From Chloropicon primus (lineage: Eukaryota): a stretch of DNA of 64,000 nt. The notes under the pieces were generated by a model that ran no database searches, was not told where the DNA came from, and saw only the letters and a list, made by a program, of their open reading frames with translations. The translations under genes and the position numbers were made by a program. The DNA is taken from assembly GCA_023205875.1 (NCBI GenBank), contig CP060761.1, positions 248,001-312,000 on the forward strand. The letters are read 5' to 3'. Positions 34,290-42,900 of this stretch are shown piece by piece (within the stretch, counting starts at the first letter, position 1; the number at the start of each line of letters is the position of its first letter).

Positions 34290-37200
34290 ATGGTTTGTCC
34301 TCGTCCTCGGAGAGTGGGGAACCTCTTGCTCTGCTTGGGGGTGCTCCTTGGCGCTTTGGTCCTCTGCTCTGCGACGGCTTCGCATGACAGGGCAGGACGC
34401 CGAGAGCGACACGGCGGACGCGGGCCGGATCCGTTCCCATCCCACCTCCGCGAGGACGAGTGGAGGCCCAGGAAGCAGGCCGCTCGGGAGGAGCTGGCCC
34501 AGAAGCGCGCGGAGGCAATGGAAAAGTTGAGGAGCAGGAGGCAAGACGTTCTCGAGCTGAAAGCGTCTCGCAGGGCTGCTCGATCCGATCCCGAAGCGGG
34601 CAAGCCCGATCCAGTCAAAAAGTCTGGAGGGGAGGAGGATTCGGCCAGCGACTGGAAGAGCTCCGCAGCCGCCGCGAGCCAACCTCGAGATCGCTCCAAG
34701 GGGAAGAAAGCCTCCGGAAGCGAGGACGGGTCGGCCAGCGACTGGAAGAGCTCCGCAGCCGCCGCGAGCCAACCTCGAGATCGCTCCAAGGGGAAGAAAG
34801 CCTCCGGAAGCCCTGGTGTGGTCGACGACTGGAAAAATTCCGCATCGTCGTCGAGGAGGCGCAGCGGCCGCGGAGTCACGGACGACGCCAACGCCGACGA
34901 GTGGAAGCCTTGGAAGAGACCCGATGTGAATGAGGGATCTGGAAACCGCGAGCGTGGCGATGGCAACCCCGACGAATGCAACTGCGCACCGGGTGCCATA
35001 CTGGGCGTGCGTGGCGATGGCTCCAGATGCTATTGCCCTGCCGACGGTGCTGCCACAGGTGGTGGTGATGATGGCAACCCTGATGAATGCAACTGCGCAC
35101 CGGGTACCATACTGGGCGTGCGTGGCGATGGCTCCAGATGCTATTGCCGTCCAGGCGATGCTTTCGTGCTCGGAGCCGAACCCGGTGATCAGCATCAGGA
35201 TGTCGATTCCGATGGCGGTTCAGGCGACAGCAACCCCGACGAATGCAACTGCGCGCCGGGTGCCACAGTGGGCGTGAGTGGCGATGGCTCCAGCTGCTAC
35301 TGCCCTGCCGACGGTGCTGCCACAGGTGGTGGTGATGATGGCAACCCCGACGAATGCAACTGCGCGCCGGGTGCCACAGTGGGCGTGAGTGGCGATGGCT
35401 CCAGCTGCTACTGCCCTGCCGACGGTGCTGCCACAGGTGGTGGTGATGATGGCAACCCCGACGAATGCAACTGCGCGCCGGGTGCCATACTGGGCGTGAG
35501 TGGCGATGGCTCCAGCTGCTATTGCCCTGCCGACGGTGCTGCCACAGGTGGTGGTGATGATGGCAACCCCGACGAATGCAACTGCGCACCGGGTGCCATA
35601 CTGGGCGTGAGTGGCGATGGCTCCAGCTGCTATTGCCCTGCCGACGGTGCTGCCACAGGTGGTGGTGATGATGGCAACCCCGACGAATGCAACTGCGCGC
35701 CGGGTGCCATACTGGGCGTGAGTGGCGATGGCTCCAGCTGCTACTGCCCTGCCGACGGTGCTGCCACAGGTGGTGGTGATGATGGCAACCCCGACGAATG
35801 CAACTGCGCGCCGGGTGCCACAGTGGGCGTGAGTGGCGATGGCTCCAGCTGCTATTGCCCTGCCGACGGTGCTGCCACAGGTGGTGGTGATGATGGCAAC
35901 CCCGACGAATGCAACTGCGCGCCGGGTGCCACAATGGGCGTGAGTGGCGATGGCTCCAGCTGCTACTGCCCTGCCGACGATACTGGCGTGCTCGGAGTCG
36001 AACCAGATGATCAAGATGGTGGTGACAGCTCCGCCGATGGCGATGCTGAGGACGGAGGTGTCGAGGCTCAAGGCGTTCCTGATGACGACAGCATCCCTGG
36101 TGGTGACGCTGGTTCCGGTTCCGATTCCAGTGGAGAGACGCAAGACGGTGACATTGACAACAATGCCAGCGGTGGCGGCACTGCAGATGCTCCAAATGCC
36201 GATGGTGGTGCTGGCACGGATGACACCAATGCTGGCGTGCTCGGTGTCGAACCGGGCGATCAAGACGGCGGTGGCAACGCCATCGGCGGCGATGATGGCA
36301 CAGGTGGTGATGTCAATGCTGGCGGCGGTGGAGATGGCACGACACCAGGTGCGAATGGCGATGACACTGGAAGCAACACAAGTGGTGGCACGCCTGGTGA
36401 TTCCGGCTCCAGTAGCGGTGACGGTATTGGTGGCGGGCAAGACGGTGCCATCGACAACAATGCTGGTGGCGGTGCTGCAGGTGGTGACGCCCAAACGCCT
36501 CCTGGTGACTCTGGTTCCGGTTCCGATTCCAATGGAGAGACGCAAGACGGTGCCATCGACAACAATGCTGGTGGCGGTGCTGCAGGTGGTGACGCCCAAA
36601 CGCCTCCTGGTGACTCTGGTTCCGATTCCGATTCCAGTGGAGAGACGCAAGACGGTGCCATCGACAACAATGCCAGCGGTGGCGGCACTGCAGATGCTCC
36701 AAATGCCGATGGTGGTGCTGGCACGGATGACACCAATGCTGGCGTGCTCGGTGTCGAACCGGGCGATCAAGACGGCGGTGGCAACGCCATCGGCGGCGAT
36801 GATGGCACAGGTGGTGATGTCAATGCTGGCGGCGGTGGAGATGGCACGACACCAGGTGCGGATGGCGATGACACTGGAAGCAACACAAGTGGTGGCACGC
36901 CTGGTGATTCCGGCTCCAGTAGCGGTGACGGTATTGGTGGCGGGCAAGACGGTGCCATCGACAACAATGCTGGTGGCGGTGCTGCAGGTGGTGACGCCCA
37001 AACGCCTCCTGGTGACTCTGGTTCCGGTTCCGATTCCAATGGAGAGACGCAAGACGGTGCCATCGACAACAATGCCAGCGGTGGCGGCACTGCAGATGCT
37101 CCAAATGCCGATGGTGGTGCTGGCACGGATGACACCAATGCTGGCGTGCTCGGTGTCGAACCGGGCGATCAAGACGGCGGTGGCAACGCCATCGGCGGCG

Positions 37201-38861
37201 ATGATGGCACAGGTGGTGATGTCAATGCTGGCGGCGGTACTGACGCATGCAACTGCGGGGAAGGTGGGGACGTCGGTGCTGCTGGCAATCCGGACGGCTG
37301 CAACTGTCCACCACCAGACACGGCCGCAGATGATGCAAGTGGTGGCAGCACTGAGGTTGACCGTGCCGGGGACATCATCAGTGACGCCATCGATACCAGC
37401 AACGATGACGACGACGACGATGACGACGACGATGACCGCCCTTCGAGTGACGGGGGCGGCGGCGGGGGTGGTGGCGCCCTTTTCGGAGCTCTCCCCCCAT
37501 TTCCAGGGGGTGTCCCGGGTGCGGTCGGTGCGAGCGTTTTGCGATCTCGATTTGGTGCACTCCTGCCCCTTGTTGTTCCTGGCGCCCCTCCCGCTGAGAT
37601 CGTCCCCTCGCCCCCCCAGAACGACGAGATCGCGGTTGCGGACAACGGCAAAGGCAGGTCTTGCATGTTTGTCATTGGCGACTGGGGGAGAGAGAATCAG
37701 CCAGGGCAGGCCGCGGTCGCGCGATCCATGGATACCGTAGCGAAAGAGTTCTGCGAGCCTCTGGCCGTTCTCTCCGTGGGTGACAACATGCAGAATGCAG
37801 GTGGGCTGAACGGCATCCTGGACAAAGAGTTCAACGAATCTTACATCTACCCGTACAGGTACAAGACCCTGCAGGTCCCGTGGTTCTGTTCCCTGGGCAA
37901 TATGGATTACACAGATACCACGGGTTGCGGGAGCCAGGTCCTGGACGAGCAAAGGATGTGTTTGCCTTACAGAAGCCAAATGAAGAGGTCGCCCCTGTAT
38001 CAGACGGATCCGAGGCTCAGGCAGCGTGACCAGAGGTGGTTCGCCGACCATTTCTACTCGGTCAGAGTGAGCGAGGATCTGGAGGTGTTTTTCGTGGACA
38101 CGAGCGTCTTCATCTCCGAGTACTACCAGTACTCTTGGGCTTACGATGTTGAGGGTGGTCTGGCGGAGCAGAATCCGGAAGAGCAGCTCGCGTTCCTCGA
38201 CGGAGCCCTGGCCTCGAGCAACGCGAAGTGGAAAGTTCTCGTAGGCCACCACCCCATGCACTCGAACGGGTTCAGCGGGGGCTACGAGGAGGTCACTGAC
38301 GTGTTGGAGCCCCTCATCAAAGTCCACAATGTCAGCGCCTACTTCAATGGACACGATCACTCCCAGCAGCACATCGTTTCGGATGGTGTTTCGTACTTCA
38401 CGCAGGGGGCGGGGTCGATGACCCACAAGGGTTTTGTGCCGAGGGAGCCTGCTCTCTTCGAATCTGATCTGCCTGGGTTCTCTGCGATCGTCTACGACGA
38501 GGACGACGTCAGGGTGTACTTCTTCGATGACAACGCCAACGGACTGTACAACTACTCGCTCCCTGCTCCCCCTCAAGATGTAGATGGCTTTGCGGTAACG
38601 TTTGACAGGCGACCAGACAGTCGAATCGAACTCGTGAAGCTGAAACTCGAGATGGAGAACGATGGCATCGCGGTTGCCCAAGCTTCGCAGGCCAGCCTCG
38701 GCGAGCTCAAGTTCAAAGAACAGGCGTACAAGAAACTCTCACTGCCTGAAGCCATGACACAGAAGATGGTCGGGAAATTCAGCAGAGAGGCTACTCAGAG
38801 TCTCCCCGACCTTCCAGGTGTCTTGGAGGCACTGGAAGGGGTGAAGAGCCTCGGCAAGTAG
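34290..38861 (+). CDS. Large secreted protein: Cys-rich and Gly/Asp-rich tandem repeats plus a C-terminal purple-acid-phosphatase-like metallophosphoesterase
   Basis: Signal peptide LLLCLGVLLGALVLCSATA. Phosphatase motifs IGDWG, VGDN, LGNMDY, FFVDTS, VLVGHHP, NGHDH. Confidence 0.88.
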   Translation: MVCPRPRRVGNLLLCLGVLLGALVLCSATASHDRAGRRERHGGRGPDPFPSHLREDEWRPRKQAAREELAQKRAEAMEKLRSRRQDVLELKASRRAARSDPEAGKPDPVKKSGGEEDSASDWKSSAAAASQPRDRSKGKKASGSEDGSASDWKSSAAAASQPRDRSKGKKASGSPGVVDDWKNSASSSRRRSGRGVTDDANADEWKPWKRPDVNEGSGNRERGDGNPDECNCAPGAILGVRGDGSRCYCPADGAATGGGDDGNPDECNCAPGTILGVRGDGSRCYCRPGDAFVLGAEPGDQHQDVDSDGGSGDSNPDECNCAPGATVGVSGDGSSCYCPADGAATGGGDDGNPDECNCAPGATVGVSGDGSSCYCPADGAATGGGDDGNPDECNCAPGAILGVSGDGSSCYCPADGAATGGGDDGNPDECNCAPGAILGVSGDGSSCYCPADGAATGGGDDGNPDECNCAPGAILGVSGDGSSCYCPADGAATGGGDDGNPDECNCAPGATVGVSGDGSSCYCPADGAATGGGDDGNPDECNCAPGATMGVSGDGSSCYCPADDTGVLGVEPDDQDGGDSSADGDAEDGGVEAQGVPDDDSIPGGDAGSGSDSSGETQDGDIDNNASGGGTADAPNADGGAGTDDTNAGVLGVEPGDQDGGGNAIGGDDGTGGDVNAGGGGDGTTPGANGDDTGSNTSGGTPGDSGSSSGDGIGGGQDGAIDNNAGGGAAGGDAQTPPGDSGSGSDSNGETQDGAIDNNAGGGAAGGDAQTPPGDSGSDSDSSGETQDGAIDNNASGGGTADAPNADGGAGTDDTNAGVLGVEPGDQDGGGNAIGGDDGTGGDVNAGGGGDGTTPGADGDDTGSNTSGGTPGDSGSSSGDGIGGGQDGAIDNNAGGGAAGGDAQTPPGDSGSGSDSNGETQDGAIDNNASGGGTADAPNADGGAGTDDTNAGVLGVEPGDQDGGGNAIGGDDGTGGDVNAGGGTDACNCGEGGDVGAAGNPDGCNCPPPDTAADDASGGSTEVDRAGDIISDAIDTSNDDDDDDDDDDDRPSSDGGGGGGGGALFGALPPFPGGVPGAVGASVLRSRFGALLPLVVPGAPPAEIVPSPPQNDEIAVADNGKGRSCMFVIGDWGRENQPGQAAVARSMDTVAKEFCEPLAVLSVGDNMQNAGGLNGILDKEFNESYIYPYRYKTLQVPWFCSLGNMDYTDTTGCGSQVLDEQRMCLPYRSQMKRSPLYQTDPRLRQRDQRWFADHFYSVRVSEDLEVFFVDTSVFISEYYQYSWAYDVEGGLAEQNPEEQLAFLDGALASSNAKWKVLVGHHPMHSNGFSGGYEEVTDVLEPLIKVHNVSAYFNGHDHSQQHIVSDGVSYFTQGAGSMTHKGFVPREPALFESDLPGFSAIVYDEDDVRVYFFDDNANGLYNYSLPAPPQDVDGFAVTFDRRPDSRIELVKLKLEMENDGIAVAQASQASLGELKFKEQAYKKLSLPEAMTQKMVGKFSREATQSLPDLPGVLEALEGVKSLGK
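34956..35976 (+). repeat. Coding tandem repeat: 9 copies of a 111-nt (37 aa) unit, GDDGNPDECNCAPGATVGVSGDGSSCYCPADGAATGG
   Basis: NPDECNC recurs at ~34965, 35076, 35232, 35343, 35454, 35565, 35676, 35787 and 35898. Confidence 0.95.
36095..37238 (+). repeat. Nested coding Gly/Asp-rich repeats (periods of 507 and 402 nt with 105-nt subunits)
   Basis: GACGGCGGTGGCAACGCCATC occurs at 36264, 36771 and 37173. GAIDNNAGGGAAGGDAQTPPGDSG is repeated. Confidence 0.9.
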
Positions 38862-38950
38862 GGCCTCGTGTCCATTCGATTCTGGTTTTGGTTTACCTCT
38901 CAATATATTTCCATCAATACGTTAGACATCAGTCACCAAACAAAACATCT

Positions 38951-39379
38951 TTATTCCTTTGGTGGCTGCGGCGGTTTGCCGTTGTTCACCTTCCCCGGTA
39001 TCTCCTTGACGCTCTTCTTCAGGCTGTGGCCGGATGAGGCATTGGACACACACACACACACACATACACACACACACACACACACGCGCGCGCGCGCGAG
39101 GGCAACCAAGTCAGACACAAAAAAAGTCAGTTCAGTTTCGTTGGAGACCGCCAGGGCAAGTTCACACGAAAGGGAAGGCCTCCGAGTCGAGTTCCCAAGC
39201 CAACCCACCACCACTCGCTCTGGCGTGGCCACTCACCCCTCCTCCCCTTGCTCCATCCACGAGCGTATCGTTTTCACGTTCCGTCTGAACATGGACGCCC
39301 CCTGCCTCACGTCAGACTTTGTCATGTAGAACAGTCCACCAATCACAGCTGCAGTCATGAGAAAGTTGCTCCACGCCAT
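38951..39379 (-). CDS. Small single-TM protein resembling a conserved uncharacterised plant family (exons 39379-39237 and 39023-38951)
   Basis: A GTGAGT..CAG intron containing a TG/CA microsatellite joins MAWSNFLMTAAVIGGLFYMTKSDVRQGASMFRRNVKTIRSWME... to GLKKSVKEIP...KE*. Confidence 0.7.
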
Positions 39380-39944
39380 CGTAAAGTACTCAAAAGCTAA
39401 TGTTGCTGCTACTGCAACGAAACCAAAACCGAAACCGAAACCGAAACCGAACTCAAGCGTTCCCCTCAAAACACAAAAAAGGATCCTCGCACCTCGCTTC
39501 AACACAGGCACCTCCGCCTCACAACTTTCTCCTCTCTCGCTCTCGCTCTCGCTCTCGCTCTGCCTGGGACGGAGAGGTCTCCAGCGAAAGAGGAAGAGGT
39601 GAACGATCGAATAAAAGCAAAAAAAATCTAAACCTCTCCGGGGTTCTCCACCTTCGCCTCCTCCTCTCCTCGCCCTTTCGCGATCGATCGATCGATCGCC
39701 TCTCTCTCTCTCTCTCTCTGCAGATCGAAACCAGGATCGATCGCGATCGGAGTGGAGTTGTTCTGGGCGTGCGTCGATCGATCGCGATCGTAGAGAGGAG
39801 GGGGAGGGAGGGAGGAGGGGAGAGGTGGCTCAGGCGGAAGCTTGTCTCGCGGGATTTCAGGAGACCCCTCGCTTGCATCGTTTGGTTCCGTCATTGACGA
39901 GGTAGAAGGCATCTGGATCGAATCGAATCGACTGCATCAGCATC

Positions 39945-42900
39945 ATGGGGAGGGAGAAGGGGAAGGGAGCGAGGAGGGGCGTGCAAGGGGCGTCCTCGAG
40001 CAAAGCTGCGAGTCGTCTTGGGGGTCCGGGGACGGATGGCAAAACGTTTGTTGGGTTCGGTGGGTTCTCGGGTTCGGTGGCTTTCGGCCAAAACTCAGCA
40101 GCACCCTTCACACCAGGGAACAACTCTGGAGAGTCCACGGCATCAAGAGGTTACGGGGAGAAGGTAGGGAAGCAGAAGGGAGATGGGTTGCACGGAGGCG
40201 TTGCGGATTTCAGGTTGGACGGGGAGGTCGCCGCGATATTCAAAGGGTTCAAGAAGAGAGAGCCCGTGACCAAGGTGAAGGCCCTGCAAGCGTTCAGGGC
40301 CTACATTGGTGGCGAGGGGGAACACCAGTCAAGCATGGAGGCCGTGCTGGGTGCCTGGTCTTACTACTACCAGCGCTTGATTATCGATAATTCGAGGCAA
40401 GTGAGGCTCGAGGCCGCTGGCGGTCACTTGGAGGTGCTGCGGAAGGTGGGCAAGAAGGACCTGCAAGCCAACCTGCCAAGGTTCCTGGCGCAGTGGCTGC
40501 GGTCCCAGTTCGACGAAAACCGCGAAGTCGCTCGAAGCGTCAAGGAATCGATCACAAAAGTTCTTCCGGAAGCAATTCTCGCCAAAGCTGTCAAGCATTA
40601 TCTTGTTACGGTGCTGGAGAAGCTGTGCAAGGACTTGGCGATTCCCGAGAGCGCGTTTGGCGACTCGGCGCTGGAGAGCAAAGAGGATATCAGGGACAGG
40701 CACGCGAGGGTTCTGGTGACGTCCCTCTACTGCGTGATAAGCTGCATAGAGAGCATTAAAGCCCACGACGAGGAATGGACGCTATCAGAGGGGGAATTGT
40801 CCATACTGAAAGGCATGATCAAAGAGAGCAATTTCGGAAAGTTGCTGCTTGGCTCGAGCAGCGCAAGGGTGAGGGAAGCGTCGTACTATTTTGTGGGCAG
40901 AATCGCTTTGCACTCCAAGAAAATCCTTGGGTCCTGCGCTGCTGATTTAAGCAAGCACGTCGTTGGCTGCTTCAAGGAGAAGGATCCGCAGTGCTACAAA
41001 TCAATTTTTGAGATGATGATCGTGGTGAACAAGGAGGTAGGCACGATGTGGGACGACGTGGACCCAAAGGTCGTCTTTTGGCCCAAACTTCACCAATTTC
41101 TGAGGACCGGCTGCCGGGACAGCGGAGACTTCTCGTACCTGGCGTTGTTGCCTTTGCTGTCCACCATTCCCGCCAACGCCTGGGAAAAATCTCTTGGGGG
41201 GCAAGAAGGTCCGTTTGACCTCCTGTTGCAGACAATAGACCAGTTGCTGCTGGGGATCACCAATTATTTCGGGAAGAGCGATAGATTGGTCGAGGTTGGG
41301 GGCCAGTGCGCTGCGGAGTGCTTGCTTTACGTTTCAATGAATCTCGCCGGATCCTTCGCTCGCGAAGGTGTCCATGATTCTGTTGAAAGCATGGAAAGGT
41401 CTTTCTGGGAGACTTGCATGCGGGACACATTTATCCCCTTCGTCTTCAAGAATTCTTCGGTGTCGGAGCATTCGCAGCTGACTCGATTGGGTCAAGTCGT
41501 TTACAGCAAGCTCTGCACGTCCCTAGCCGCTCGTTCAGGGTCGAGCGAGAAGAGCAAGAGATTCTTGAGTTATTTGACCGGCAGCATGGAAACCTACGCA
41601 CTGAGAGAGTTTTCGGAGGCCTCGAGCGGCGACCTCGAGTCTGTCGCGTTCCTTTCTGATCTAGAGCCTCGCAAGGAAATCGCGGATTCCGTCATCTGTC
41701 CCTTGGCCGCAGCCTTCCTTCGCGACGTAGAGCAGGGTGGCAAAAAATCACTCAGCTACTTGACTTCACTCATGGATGTGTATGGAGAGCACCTGTCAGA
41801 TCAATGCGAAGACTTCCGAGTCAAACTGACAGCTTTCTGTGGCAGAGTGAGCTCTGGCCACGGCGCGAGTCCCGGCATCTGCAGGCTGTTCATGTCCTGG
41901 CTGAAGCGCGATGGGGGTCTTCGAGAGAAGTGGCCTTCCATTCTCAGTGAGCTCAGGGCCACAGAGCCCTTGCAGGTCGTCGGGGCGAGGCTCTTGAGTT
42001 ACATGCAGCCCATGGAGGGAATGTCATGCAGAGAGCTTGACGACTTGGTCGCGTCCTTGGCCGCTGCAGACTTTGCGAAATCGCATCAGGAGCTGGCCCT
42101 AAAGGCATACAAGGCGGTTTTGCTCTCCGTTTCTGACACCTTCATGCCCGTGAGCGACGAAACTGCCGTGCAAGTTCTGCAGGCGTTGGAGATGATGCTC
42201 AGTGGCGCCGCTCGCGGAGTCCAGACTAAGAATTCGAAGGACTTGTTCTCTCTCATTCACGGGGTGCTGAATCGGTCGAAGGTCTTTCCAAAGCGCTTGA
42301 TGAATCACCTCACAGCTCTCGTCTCCTCTGCGATATGTGTGCAAGAGGCTGATGCTTTCTCGAACGTAGCAGCTGAAGGTGGAAAGGAAGGCTCGTTTGC
42401 GGGCCATACGTTTGAACCGTCTTCCCTCAGCTCCTTGGATGGCCTTCAGATGTTTTCGACCTTCCGGACATTTATCACTGATTGGGTGCCTCGGGAAGGG
42501 GAGCTCCCCCCCGAGGACTTTCAGGCTGCTTTTGGAAAAGAAGTGTGCAAGATCATCGACTGTTTCGAGGACGGCATCACCGTTGATCTGCTCAACACTT
42601 TGATCGAGCCGCACCATTCTTGGCCAGTTTGTACGGACCCCAAGACGGGGCGTCTGAAGGGGGACGCTACCGGCTCCAGGAATGGCTATGCGGCCTTCCT
42701 GTTGTCGCTGCTCACGAGCCTCGAGCGTTACGATTCCGTGTCCAGGGTGTCCAGGGAGAACCTGTGGGTCCCTATAGAGTTCATCACAGAATGCACCAGG
42801 AACCACGGCCAAGGAGGGGTGAGCGAGGCAGACGTGTTCAAGTACATCTGCATACTGCAAGAGAACGACCAGGAAGGAGGCAGTATTCTTGACGATATGT

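Noticed and set aside
34956..35976. Regular repeats resembling a CRISPR array
   Set aside because: The units are contiguous 111-nt in-frame coding repeats without unique spacers, in a eukaryotic context with no cas genes.
35220..38681. 1153-aa minus-strand ORF and other long alternative-frame ORFs in the repeat region
   Set aside because: Antisense or frameshift shadows of the repetitive phosphatase-like gene, with no independent motifs.
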